From assembly GCA_965205645.1 (NCBI GenBank), contig OZ242172.1, positions 704,122 to 768,121 on the forward strand: a stretch of 64,000 nucleotides of DNA, written 5' to 3'. The notes beneath the pieces are model-generated. The model was not told the origin of the DNA. It did no database searches and saw only the letters and a program-made list of their open reading frames with translations. Position 1 is the stretch's first letter; each line of letters begins with the position of its first letter. A program made the translations under genes and the position numbers. Positions 34,526 through 47,278 of the stretch are shown piece by piece. This stretch comes from Bdellovibrionales bacterium (GTDB lineage Bacteria; Bdellovibrionota; Bdellovibrionia; Bdellovibrionales; UBA1609).

Positions 34526-35443
34526 ATGAAAACTAAGATAATTAAACTCAGTATAGTAATGGGATTTTTATTTTTTTCAGCAAGCAGTTTTGGTGTGTTT
34601 GATATTGGTGCTGAGTATGTAGCAGATTGTTATGCAGAAGATAGTGCTATTCATGCTTTATATAGAGGTGCTGCTAAATTGGCTAATACTTTGTCTATTA
34701 ACTGTGGTTCTCCTAAAAATAGTTATATACCCAGAGATACAAAGTTGCAGGCGTTGAGTGTGGCTGTGGTTAGAAAAGATGAAGATGGTTATAATGTAAT
34801 TGAGCATAATAATATTACGCTTAATAAACCTCCTGGTGGCATTGTGGATTATTTACCGGGGAATATCAATAATAACCAATGGTTAAGAAAACAGCTGGGT
34901 CGTTTTCAATTAAAAGATCGGGATGAAATAAGGCTTTTATCTCATTATATAGATCCTGACTTAGTAGATTCTTTTTCTCAAGAGCGTTTGAAGAAGAACG
35001 TGCATTCTGTTGGGTTTCGGCCTATTCAGCGTCCTAAATATTCTAAACCTGTTCGCGATTATTTTCATTGCCATTATATAAACTCATCACCACATAAAAC
35101 CTTACCACCAATAATAATATATAGAAACATGAATAAAATGTGCGAACAGCCGAATAAAAATAGATATCATCTATGCTCCTCTCCTATATCTTGTATAGAG
35201 AATGGCACCAAAGTGGACTCACATACTGTTTGTTTACTAAATAAGGATGGTTCATGTCCTTCAGCTACTGAGTGTGCTCTATCGGGATCAAGCCCTAAGA
35301 GAGAGAAGAATAGCGCGATTTTAGCACATTCTACTAGGTATAATTCAGAAACAAACAGATTTGAGGAGTGGTATGCTAATGATTTATCTGCGTACGATGA
35401 GCAAGATACAGACACTAATAGCATACAAAATGCAGTACAGTGA
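34526..35443 (+). CDS. Secreted Cys-containing protein (family B, copy 1), unknown function
   Basis: Signal peptide KLSIVMGFLFFSASSFG. Paralog of the 36077 ORF (shared DCYAED, YLPGNINNN, VHS(V/I)G(F/Y)RPIQRPK, GSCPSAT). Confidence 0.6.
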   Translation: MKTKIIKLSIVMGFLFFSASSFGVFDIGAEYVADCYAEDSAIHALYRGAAKLANTLSINCGSPKNSYIPRDTKLQALSVAVVRKDEDGYNVIEHNNITLNKPPGGIVDYLPGNINNNQWLRKQLGRFQLKDRDEIRLLSHYIDPDLVDSFSQERLKKNVHSVGFRPIQRPKYSKPVRDYFHCHYINSSPHKTLPPIIIYRNMNKMCEQPNKNRYHLCSSPISCIENGTKVDSHTVCLLNKDGSCPSATECALSGSSPKREKNSAILAHSTRYNSETNRFEEWYANDLSAYDEQDTDTNSIQNAVQ

Positions 35444-35578
35444 TTGTAGTAATAAGTGCAAGACTATTAGTCGGTATATACAGATAAAAGTTTTGTTTGC
35501 TATTGGTAATTTTCTTATTTTTATTTATTTTTTATCATTTTTGATAGGTAATAAAATAAGATAAAAATCTGAGGAACA

Positions 35579-35878
35579 ATGCAGAGAAAATATAAAATGC
35601 AATATATAAAAAAAATCATTATCTGTTGTTGTGTATTGCTTCTATCACCTCTGGCTTTCGGTGTTATTTCAGATGTACATATTACGGGCTTTATTGTGAA
35701 ATATGACAAGGACACAGTTCAGTTGCAGCAAAGAGGCAATCGCACAATCACTGTACCAAGAAGTGCTATTCCCAAGGATTTTCCATTAAAGACAGGAAGA
35801 GAGGTAACAGTTGTTATCAGTGGCAAAGAATTTATGAAAAGAATAAATCAAAAACAAGTAGCAGCAAAAAAAGAAACA
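35579..35878 (+). repeat. Second copy of the 300-bp near-identical duplicate
   Basis: See 34041..34340. Confidence 0.9.
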
Positions 35879-35929
35879 CAGAAAATCAGTTTAAAACCAC
35901 AAAAGAAAAAAACAGATGTTAAAAAATAA
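35579..35929 (+). CDS. Small secreted protein with a Lys-rich tail (family A, copy 2)
   Basis: See 34041..34388. Confidence 0.65.
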   Translation: MQRKYKMQYIKKIIICCCVLLLSPLAFGVISDVHITGFIVKYDKDTVQLQQRGNRTITVPRSAIPKDFPLKTGREVTVVISGKEFMKRINQKQVAAKKETQKISLKPQKKKTDVKK

Positions 35930-36076
35930 TTTCTGATGTGCAGATGCATGAATACTAAAAGTGGATAGCAAGGTTTATGTTTGTACTTTAAGGGTGTTTT
36001 AATGACGGTAATTTAGGGGTTTCATAGTAACAGGGATATATAAAACAAGACAGGTTAAGAAAAGATATAGGGGGTA

Positions 36077-36982
36077 ATGATGACTCAAAAGATGATAAGA
36101 CTTAGTTTGGTTATGGGGTTTTTATTTTTTTCAGCAAGCAGTTTTGGTGTTGATATTGATGTTCATACTAATCTAGTGAAAGATTGTTATGCAGATGATA
36201 ATGCCAGTCATGCTCTATATCAAGGCGCTGCGATGCTTAATGATACTTTGCCGATTAATTGTGATGGTGATAAAGAGCGTTCCATATCTAGAGATACAAA
36301 ATTGCTAGCTCTTCGCGTAGCTGTCGTTGGAAAAGACAAAGACGGCTACAATATTATTAAACATAACGATATTGTGGTAAATAAACCGGCTGGTAGCATT
36401 AAGGATTATTTGCCGGGGAATATCAACAATAATACAGGATTGAGAAAAAAACTTGGATATCTTAAGGTAACAGATGGGGATGAAATAAGAGTTTTATCTC
36501 ATTACGTAGATCATTTTGTTCAGGAGCAACCAAAGAAAAATGTGCATTCCATTGGGTATCGGCCTATTCAGCGTCCTAAAGATTCTAAGTCTTCTAGTTC
36601 TTTGATCTGTCAGTATAGAAATGGACCACCAATGCTAATATATAGAAAAAATCTATGTAAACAATCGAATAAGGAAGTAAATTATGTGTGCTCTTCTCCT
36701 GTAGTGTGTATAGAGCAGATAATGGGTAAAATCAAAGTGGAGACCCATGCTATTTGTTTAGCGAATAAAAATGGTTCATGTCCTTCAGCGACTAAATGTG
36801 CTGCTGTTGAGGATGGTAAAGAGCATGAGTTATATACAGTTAATGCATTTCCTACTTATTATAATAAGACAAGTAAAACATTTAGGAATGACTTGGTTAG
36901 TAGAAATTTAGATGGAGGAAAGTTTGGTGGTCATACGCTAACTAAGGATATGAATAATGGATCCGTAGATGGAGTACAATAA
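36077..36982 (+). CDS. Secreted Cys-containing protein (family B, copy 2)
   Basis: See 34526..35443. The mature regions are only roughly half identical by eye. Confidence 0.6.
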   Translation: MMTQKMIRLSLVMGFLFFSASSFGVDIDVHTNLVKDCYADDNASHALYQGAAMLNDTLPINCDGDKERSISRDTKLLALRVAVVGKDKDGYNIIKHNDIVVNKPAGSIKDYLPGNINNNTGLRKKLGYLKVTDGDEIRVLSHYVDHFVQEQPKKNVHSIGYRPIQRPKDSKSSSSLICQYRNGPPMLIYRKNLCKQSNKEVNYVCSSPVVCIEQIMGKIKVETHAICLANKNGSCPSATKCAAVEDGKEHELYTVNAFPTYYNKTSKTFRNDLVSRNLDGGKFGGHTLTKDMNNGSVDGVQ

Positions 36983-37143
36983 TATACTGTTACATTCTTC
37001 TATAGTTTCTAATCTGTGTCTCAAAAAATACTAATTGTATTTTTTACACTCTTGTTTTGATACTCTTAGTGTATTATTTTGCTTTTATGAAAAAGATATA
37101 TTATGTTTCTTGAAAAATAGCACTTTAAAACAGAAGGTGGGTT

Positions 37144-37470
37144 ATGAAATATTTTTTTGTTTTTGGTTTGTTATTATCTGGTTCAGCTTATGCTGTAGAT
37201 GTTGATTGTGAAAAATTAATTGAGAATTATATAAAAAGTGCTAAAGCTTATAGTATGGGTGGAGATCTCACTATACGGGACAGAAGAGCGCTTTCACCGG
37301 AAGATAGAGAATCAGAGTTTAATGAATCTCTGGCCAGTTATGACATAGCTATATTAAACCTCATAACCAGTGATATTCAATTGAAACAATGTCAATTAAG
37401 TGAATCTGACACGGCTAGAATAGATAAGGTAGTATCTCGTCTTATAAACCGTCCTCTAACATTTAAATAA
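37144..37470 (+). CDS. Small secreted protein (108 aa)
   Basis: Signal peptide MKYFFVFGLLLSGSAYAVD is shared with the next ORF. Confidence 0.5.
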   Translation: MKYFFVFGLLLSGSAYAVDVDCEKLIENYIKSAKAYSMGGDLTIRDRRALSPEDRESEFNESLASYDIAILNLITSDIQLKQCQLSESDTARIDKVVSRLINRPLTFK

Positions 37471-37517
37471 TTGATAGAAATTGTTATTTACAGTAACTTA
37501 AACAAAAGGGAAAAATT

Positions 37518-37844
37518 ATGAAATATTTTATTATCTTTGGCTTGTTATTATCTGGTTCAGCTTATGCTGTAGACTGCCAAGAGGAGTTAGATAACTATTC
37601 AGCAAAGAATGCAGGTTTTAAAACAGTTTATAACACTGCAGTAGATAAAATAGCGTTTTCAGATGGGGATAGCGTATCGGCAATAATGCAGAAGGTTAAG
37701 AATGCTCATATGGATCGCTGGTATAGTCTTTATGAATTAAATGTGTGCTACTATGAAACAAAGCAATGGCGTATAGAGGGTAAATGGCCGGATCAAGAAA
37801 TAATAGAAAAAGTTATTAATGAAGCAGACAGAACTCCTTGGTGA
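37518..37844 (+). CDS. Small secreted protein (108 aa)
   Basis: Signal peptide MKYFIIFGLLLSGSAYAVD. The mature part is unrelated to the previous ORF by eye. Confidence 0.5.
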   Translation: MKYFIIFGLLLSGSAYAVDCQEELDNYSAKNAGFKTVYNTAVDKIAFSDGDSVSAIMQKVKNAHMDRWYSLYELNVCYYETKQWRIEGKWPDQEIIEKVINEADRTPW

Positions 37845-38100
37845 AGCAAGAAGCTTTGCCAGCTGAGTAAAAATTTAATTTTTTTTTAACTTGCTTTCCT
37901 AAAACTCCTTCAATAAGATTGGCTTCCCTTAAATCTATAGGTTTAAGTGGAAGCTCTTTGACAATTGAATACTAACGTAAAGAGCATTTGTGTTTCCTAT
38001 TTCTTTAGTGGGCTAAATAGTAGGAGCGTCTTCGTGTCAAATAGCCATGCTGGTAAAACAACTTGGCTAATACACAAAGGACAAGCACAAGTGTATAAAG

Positions 38101-38152
38101 TGACTCATATTTTTCATAAAAAGAGAGAATCCGACTGAAATCATTCTTAGCA
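38101..38152 (+). other. 5' half of the 23S rRNA processing stem
   Basis: CATTCTTAGC (38143..38152) pairs perfectly with GCTAAGAATG (41201..41210). GTGACTCATA (38101..) pairs 9/10 with TATGAGTTAC (41238..41247). AATCCGACTGAAA pairs imperfectly with TTTTGAGTACGGAT. Confidence 0.6.
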
Positions 38153-38174
38153 ATGTTCAGTCAAAAATTTAGAA

Positions 38175-41176
<3,002 letters not shown>

Positions 41177-41200
41177 ACTAAATCTATTGATTGTTATAAA

Positions 41201-41247
41201 GCTAAGAATGTTTTGAGTACGGATAATTTTTTTTAAGTATGAGTTAC
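41201..41247 (+). other. 3' half of the 23S rRNA processing stem
   Basis: See 38101..38152. Confidence 0.6.
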
Positions 41248-41276
41248 TTTATTTTTGTTAGTATTTAATTTTGATT

Positions 41277-41393
41277 TGCTGGTGTCTCTAGCGGCGGGGC
41301 CACACCTGTTCCCATCCCGAACACAGAAGTTAAGCCTGCCAGCGGCGATGGTACTATGGGGCTGACCCCATGGGAGAGTAGCACGATGCCAGC
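41277..41393 (+). rRNA. rrf: 5S ribosomal RNA
   Basis: CCACACCTGTTCCCATCCCGAACACAGAAGTTAAGC...CCCATGGGAGAGTAGCACGATGCCAGC, followed by a T-run. Confidence 0.95.
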
Positions 41394-41866
41394 TTTTTTT
41401 TATTTATTGAACAGTATAAGTACTTATCCCATTACCTTATATACGTATTTGTTTCGTATCCCAGATAAAATAAATTGTAATGTTTTAACCATGTCGTTTT
41501 GCCTGTTTCTCGGGACAAGGAGAAAAAACGAGCGGTGAGAAAGACGAAATAAACGCGTAAACATAGACGTCAATTTGACTGGCTTATTGACATTATGTCG
41601 AACAATATTCCTGATCATAGGTCACAGCAATCATCATGCAGCAGCTTTTTGCCTGTAAAATTTTCCTTGTATACCTGGTTACAATTTTTATCTTATGTTT
41701 AAGTTATTTTTCACAAAAGGTACATATGGATTAAATAAGTTTGGTGAAGATCCTTTAAAGTGTTACATTGTCCAGTAAAATAAATATTTGGAAGTATTAA
41801 AAATAAAATTAATTTTTTTAATTGTTTCTTCATTTACCTTCTCAGCATTCTTTTTAGCATGTTCTG

Positions 41867-43030
41867 TTAATTTTTTAGTTTAAAAATTTCTCTTAACCCT
41901 TCTTTCCATTCCATACAAATAGTGTTTTGAATTTTCTTTTTTTGCGGGTCTCTTGAAAAACAATATAATTTGGAGTTAGGAATATCTTTTCCAATACGGT
42001 TTAAATTCTGCACATCATATTTTGTGATAACAGATGATGATTTAATTTCTATACATATTGTTTTTTGCGAAGGACGATCAATAATTAAGTCTATTTCCGC
42101 TCCATCTTTGGTTAATAGGTAAGAAAACTTCCAATTTTTTCTATAATATTCTGTTAGTTTTATGCATTCTAAAATTATAAAATGTTCAAAAGTGTCTCCA
42201 AATTCATAAGTTTGAGGTAATAAAGGAACATCAATCGTTCTTTTCAACGTTCGGCAAACACCCATGTCAAATAAATAAAATTTTGGCGAGAGTCTTTGGC
42301 TTTTGCGAATAGAAGTATGGTAGGAAGGAAGATAAAATCCCACTAAAGTATCTTCAAGAATGTTATAGTAATTTTGCACGGTCGTTGTATCTACTCCAAT
42401 ATCATAAGCTATTTTAGAATAATTCAAGACTTTCCCGTTCATTTGCGCCGCTACTTCTAAGAATGTTCTAAAGGGATCTAACTTTCTGATAATTTGTTCC
42501 ATTTGGATTTCTTCCTTTAAATAAGTGAGAGTATATGATTTTAAATACTCTTTTTTATCTTGAGAAGTTTTTAACTCAAATAGCTTTGGTAAAGTTCCCC
42601 ATTGTAAAAAATGTTTTAATGGTTTGTTTAATTCAAAAGCAGTGAATGGATAGAGATGAAAAATAAACGCTCTGCCGGCTAGCATATTAGCTCCACCTCT
42701 TTTTAACTTGCGAGCAGATGATCCACTTAAAATAAATTTAATTTTTGTGCTTTCAATGAGTTGATGAACGATGTTTAAAAGTTTTGGAAGTTTTTGAATC
42801 TCGTCAATGATAACCCATTTTATAGTTGGATTGGCAGCAATTTGCTCTTTTAATGTGTGAGGATGGATTCTGTATTGATCCTCAATATTCGGATCTAAAA
42901 GATCTATATATAGATTGTTTTTATTGAAATATCTTTGTTTAATTAAAGTGGATTTACCAGATCCTCTTGGACCTAAGAGAAAAAAGCTATTTGATTTTGT
43001 TAGCTTAGCTAATCGGTTGACCATATCCAA
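41867..43030 (-). CDS. AAA ATPase of the AAA_14/DUF4143 type (second copy)
   Basis: LLGPRGSGKSTL, VIIDEIQK, C-terminal EIDLIIDR...IEIKSS module. Confidence 0.75.
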   Translation of the reverse strand: MDMVNRLAKLTKSNSFFLLGPRGSGKSTLIKQRYFNKNNLYIDLLDPNIEDQYRIHPHTLKEQIAANPTIKWVIIDEIQKLPKLLNIVHQLIESTKIKFILSGSSARKLKRGGANMLAGRAFIFHLYPFTAFELNKPLKHFLQWGTLPKLFELKTSQDKKEYLKSYTLTYLKEEIQMEQIIRKLDPFRTFLEVAAQMNGKVLNYSKIAYDIGVDTTTVQNYYNILEDTLVGFYLPSYHTSIRKSQRLSPKFYLFDMGVCRTLKRTIDVPLLPQTYEFGDTFEHFIILECIKLTEYYRKNWKFSYLLTKDGAEIDLIIDRPSQKTICIEIKSSSVITKYDVQNLNRIGKDIPNSKLYCFSRDPQKKKIQNTICMEWKEGLREIFKLKN

Positions 43031-43258
43031 TAATTATACGAAATATATTGGGTATAGTCAATAAAGTATTCATTGTGATGTCGTTTATAACAGTCATCAG
43101 AATCCTCTCCATAAAATGGGTATTTTGTGTTTCAAACATAATGCCTGAATGCGCTTTTTTTATTTTTTGCGTATTAAACTTCTTCCGTATTCGTCATAAA
43201 ACTGGATTGGCTCTCATTTTTAGTTACCTTAGTAACAGGCAGAGTGAAAGAAAAAAAA

Positions 43259-43666
43259 TTAATCACTTGTTTCTTCTTCTTTAAGTTGCTCTGCCTGACA
43301 AGCTGTACTAGGAGATGCATGTTTTACCTCTGCTGCTGTATAATAACCTAAGTCTGAACTCCATTTATATGAATCCAGGCCAAGATGTAAAATATAAGGT
43401 TTTTCATCTTTGTCACTTATTTCATTACATGAAGTTTCCATTTCTCTATAGGCTTTAACTCTGGTTTTTCCTTCACCATAAACAGTATGTTTCCCGTAAT
43501 ATATAACAGTGCTATACGCGTAAGTATTTTGTACAAGATTACCATAAGTTTTGTACTTAGTTGGCCCCCTTTCTAATCCGCCACAATACGCTTCACAATA
43601 ATAAATATCTGTAGCATTGGCAAAAGCTGCACTTAATAAAGCAAATATCAAAATAAGTGTTTTCAT
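43259..43666 (-). CDS. Small secreted Cys-containing protein
   Basis: Signal peptide MKTLILIFALLSAAFANA. Contains 5 Cys. Confidence 0.45.
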   Translation of the reverse strand: MKTLILIFALLSAAFANATDIYYCEAYCGGLERGPTKYKTYGNLVQNTYAYSTVIYYGKHTVYGEGKTRVKAYREMETSCNEISDKDEKPYILHLGLDSYKWSSDLGYYTAAEVKHASPSTACQAEQLKEEETSD

Positions 43667-44112
43667 TAGAATCTCCTTGTTTTTAGATTTATTACTTTTT
43701 ATAAAATCAAAATATAAAAATCAATAAAAAAATATTTTTTGTAAATAATACATACTATATGAAACTGTCCGATTGAAGTTTTCTCTCTTTGAAAAAACCC
43801 TAGATTTAGATTGGAAAAGCAATATAGTATTTTTCAAAGCAAAAACAACAAATAAAATCTTTAAATTTTATTCTCATCTACAGAAAAGATGAAAATTTTA
43901 CACTTTGTAAAAAATGGATAGAATATAATTTTAATAAATGGAGAGTTGTAATTGTATATTATTCATGGCTCATGAAATAGATTATTGAAACTTGGAGAAT
44001 AAGAGGAGGCGTGCTATTAAAACACAATAGCAATGTATATTGCTTAGGACTCAATTATTTGTTATGCAGATTGCGTATATAAATATTTGAATTATAAAAA
44101 TAAGAGAATAAC

Positions 44113-44736
44113 ATGAATATAACAAAATCTAATAATAAAAATATCCTATCAATCTACTGCAAGTATAAACAGTGTCGTATCGTTTGCATATTTAACTATC
44201 TAATAATAGGTAGTGTGTTTCTGTTTTTTTCTTGTTTTTCTTTTGCGATTGGTCACGAACTCTCCTTAGGTGGAGGAATGGGACACTTTCAGGAAACTGA
44301 TGATATACAAATAATGTGTCATTTGGAACGAATCATAGATGGAGTAAAGGAAAAATCCAGGTGGCCGCTTATAATATCTAATGTAAAAACAGTTCCTGAG
44401 ATGAGAGGACCTATTCCCGCAAGGCTAAATAAAATTAAAGAAGATAATAATGTCTATTGGATTTTGTCTGGTTATGGAGTGGGTGTCGGGAATGATGATT
44501 CTGTATATGAAGAACTGAATAGAAAAAAATACCCAGTTCTTTTGATATATGATGCCAATAAGGAAATATTAACCCAACATAGAATTTATCGTTATGATGA
44601 AAATTCAACTATCGCTGCAGAAGATAAATATACGATGGACGGTATATCTGGAAAATCTTTTTATGGTATCCCATGGACAAACAATTGCAAGGTAATACCA
44701 GAAATAGAACTTTTACTATATCGAGGAGCTCCTTAG
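44113..44736 (+). CDS. Hypothetical membrane-anchored or secreted protein
   Basis: Hydrophobic segment IFNYLIIGSVFLFFSCFSFAIG. No recognisable motif. Confidence 0.4.
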   Translation: MNITKSNNKNILSIYCKYKQCRIVCIFNYLIIGSVFLFFSCFSFAIGHELSLGGGMGHFQETDDIQIMCHLERIIDGVKEKSRWPLIISNVKTVPEMRGPIPARLNKIKEDNNVYWILSGYGVGVGNDDSVYEELNRKKYPVLLIYDANKEILTQHRIYRYDENSTIAAEDKYTMDGISGKSFYGIPWTNNCKVIPEIELLLYRGAP

Positions 44737-44761
44737 AATTATCAGCAAATAATTTAAACGC

Positions 44762-45865
44762 TTAAGACATAATGATAGGTATTTTGTGTTTCAAACATAA
44801 CTCTTGAATGCGCTTTTTATGTTTTTTGTTTTTCATAAATACAATTGCAGCTCCTCCTCCACCCGCACCACATAATTTAACAGATGCTTTCTCTTCCATT
44901 AATAAATTACATAGAGTAGCTACTTTTGGATTTAGCCATCCCGTAAATAAAGTTTTTCGTAAATAATATTCTTTTTTTAAAATTGAACCCCATGCGCTCC
45001 AATCTTCCCCTTCACATACACGAACTGTGCGTAAAGCATTATTTCTTAATTGATGTAGTCCTCGTAGTAATGCTTTATCGCCATCTAATACTTGCTTATA
45101 TACCTTCCAATTACTCTGACCAGAGTGGTGAGGAACTTTTGTATCTATCAATAAAATATGATCGTTAAAAAATAGTTTAGGTATTTTTTTTCTCTTCCAT
45201 TGAATACTTCCCGCTTTAGCATAAGAAATAATGTATAAAAAACCAGCCTCAGGATATAAAGCAGGAATGTAATCTTGAGTGCCAGCAGGAGTTTTTAATA
45301 CAGACGTCTCTATATCTCGGCATAACAATAATTGATCTAATTTACTTATTGGCTGTTTTGTCAGATGAGAAAACATTTTTAATAAACAAATACATAAACT
45401 GGAACTTGCACCTAAGCCAGCTCCCACTGGAGACTCCGATTGCAAATGAATGGACACATATTTATTAACTAAATCACTTAAAGAATGTTCTTTAGCCCAA
45501 TGTTGCCAGTGCGCTTTTAATAAAGATAAATGCTGATTCCGAGTCGTTAATATACCTTTTGTATCTTTAAAATAATGTGACCGAGATATTCCAGGTGATT
45601 GAATGTGAATATGGATTTTTTTTGTAGAATCAATCGATCTAATGCGTTTTGTAGTTATTTTATTTTTAGCAAAACTGGAATTAACATTCCATTGAACAGA
45701 AGTCCATATAGGAATAGAACAATTAATAACGAAACAATCGGATATTAAGGCCGGCATTGGCCAGATATCTAAAAATCCACCGGCAATATCCACCCTGGTA
45801 GGGCTTTGGATCGTGTGATATTTAACGGCTGTTTTCCTGGTTTTTTTGTTTTTCATCCTCCTCAC
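44762..45865 (-). CDS. GHMP-family sugar kinase (HddA/fucokinase-like)
   Basis: SPTRVDIAGGFLDIWP N-terminal motif, the GHMP motif SPVGAGLGASSSL, and GAGGGG near the C-terminus. Confidence 0.7.
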   Translation of the reverse strand: MRRMKNKKTRKTAVKYHTIQSPTRVDIAGGFLDIWPMPALISDCFVINCSIPIWTSVQWNVNSSFAKNKITTKRIRSIDSTKKIHIHIQSPGISRSHYFKDTKGILTTRNQHLSLLKAHWQHWAKEHSLSDLVNKYVSIHLQSESPVGAGLGASSSLCICLLKMFSHLTKQPISKLDQLLLCRDIETSVLKTPAGTQDYIPALYPEAGFLYIISYAKAGSIQWKRKKIPKLFFNDHILLIDTKVPHHSGQSNWKVYKQVLDGDKALLRGLHQLRNNALRTVRVCEGEDWSAWGSILKKEYYLRKTLFTGWLNPKVATLCNLLMEEKASVKLCGAGGGGAAIVFMKNKKHKKRIQELCLKHKIPIIMS

Positions 45866-47267
45866 TATCCAATTTGGGTGAAAAGATACCTTTAAAATCT
45901 TTTGCTGAAATAGTCATCATGTCTTTCCCAGCACTACTAAGCATATAGACTTGCTCAAAATTATCTTTTTTAAAAACGTTGCTAAATTGTAACTTCAGTA
46001 GCTGATTTTTTTCTTTATCTCTTAAAACTAAAAAATGGGTGGGAGTAAAATTTTTGATATGGCCAACATACTCATTGACAGATAAATCTGAAATACGATT
46101 CAATAGATACATTGCTGGTTCTTTGGATAAAGCTTTTAGTATTGTTTTTTCTTTGTCATCTTTTACACGGTTTTTTTCTTTATTGCTTTGTAGGGTTGTG
46201 AATAAAACCCATTGATCTTTATCTTTTTTAAATTGCAGATCCAGATTATTACCTTTCAGCTCTATCAGTTGCACTTGATTGGGGTTAAACTCAAGAGGCT
46301 TTTGATGATTTCTAACTCTCATTTCAGTGAGCAAAATTTGTTCTACTTGATTCGGTTTTAAGGTAAAAATATAATTTCTGTTGGAGAGGGAGACATAAAA
46401 CAAATTATTTTTTTTAGAAAACTTAGCCGTCCATTCTTCTATTGGTGGTGCAAACTGTAAACTCAGTTGAATAGAGGGAGTCAGTAATCTATACTTTTTT
46501 TGATTCACTTTGGTTTTAGGATAAATATTTGTTTTTTGAAATTCTATTTTAGATAGAACTGTCCAATAAGATTCTAATTCCGATTGAGAAAGAGCAAATT
46601 GTTTTTCAACTGGTGTTGCTTGTGGCCATTGCCAACTATGTTTTTTCCAATTTACGTGCAAGCGAAACTTTTTAGATTGATATTTTAAAGATAAAGGACG
46701 CTGCGAAATATTAAATAGCTGGTAGCTACGAAGTAAATTGGTTGATTGTTCCGATAACCTGGCCCAAGCGGTGCTGCCCAATAATAACTGTTTATTTTTT
46801 CTTAGAAAAAAACTTCCATCAAAAGCGCTGTAATGGCTAATCAATAGCTGTATTTTTTTGGATTCTGATTTTAGTGTAATGGTTCGTACATTATCCGTTA
46901 ATCCATACTCCGACCAGTTTATTGTATTTTCTGTTGCTGCATTTTTTTCTAATTCATTTGGTTTTAATAGTGTTCCTTTTTCAGATAGCACGTTTTCTAC
47001 CCAGTTTAATACAGCAGACGTACTGGCTATATCTTTTAATGGAGTTTGCAAATGCCATAGTGAATCTGCTGTGCGAATCAAATGGATTTTTTTTTCTGCC
47101 TGGCTAGATTGAATTTGTATTTCTTGTACATCTTGAATTTTCCAATCAGGGAAAATAAGATCTTCTTTTTCTTTTGCTTGCTTTTGTTGTCCTGCTTGTT
47201 GGTATTGATACCCAGCAAAAAAAGCCGTACTCATGACTAAGATAAAAAAGAAAAACCGGCGGCTCAT
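45822..47267 (-). CDS. DUF4340-like protein of the Gld-like ABC operon
   Basis: N-terminal anchor MSRRFFFFILVMSTAFFAGY, in the position after the GldG-like gene. The longest ORF (to 47333) would overlap the upstream gene by 55 nt. Confidence 0.55.
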   Translation of the reverse strand: MSRRFFFFILVMSTAFFAGYQYQQAGQQKQAKEKEDLIFPDWKIQDVQEIQIQSSQAEKKIHLIRTADSLWHLQTPLKDIASTSAVLNWVENVLSEKGTLLKPNELEKNAATENTINWSEYGLTDNVRTITLKSESKKIQLLISHYSAFDGSFFLRKNKQLLLGSTAWARLSEQSTNLLRSYQLFNISQRPLSLKYQSKKFRLHVNWKKHSWQWPQATPVEKQFALSQSELESYWTVLSKIEFQKTNIYPKTKVNQKKYRLLTPSIQLSLQFAPPIEEWTAKFSKKNNLFYVSLSNRNYIFTLKPNQVEQILLTEMRVRNHQKPLEFNPNQVQLIELKGNNLDLQFKKDKDQWVLFTTLQSNKEKNRVKDDKEKTILKALSKEPAMYLLNRISDLSVNEYVGHIKNFTPTHFLVLRDKEKNQLLKLQFSNVFKKDNFEQVYMLSSAGKDMMTISAKDFKGIFSPKLDSEEDEKQKNQENSR

Positions 47268-47278
47268 TAGGTAGCTTC

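Noticed and set aside
34041-35878. Diversity-generating retroelement (template/variable repeat pair) as the explanation for the 300-bp duplicate
   Set aside because: There are only two differences, and no reverse transcriptase or accessory gene is nearby. Both copies are complete genes.
37958-37990. Consensus TTGACA (37958-37963) as the rRNA promoter -35 element
   Set aside because: No acceptable -10 hexamer lies at 16-18 nt spacing. The hexamer sits inside a GCTCTTT...AAAGAGC inverted repeat, so its role is unclear.
41356-41618. ORFs 41356..41538(+) and 41424..41618(-)
   Set aside because: The first starts inside the 5S rRNA. Both are short and AT-rich with no motif or RBS evidence.
43048-43284. 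ORF 43048..43284(+) and similar short AT-rich ORFs (9153..9338, 15657..15854, 15913..16155, 16001..16201, 35361..35564)
   Set aside because: They are low-complexity, hydrophobic translations of AT-rich or antisense sequence that overlap better-supported genes or their promoters.
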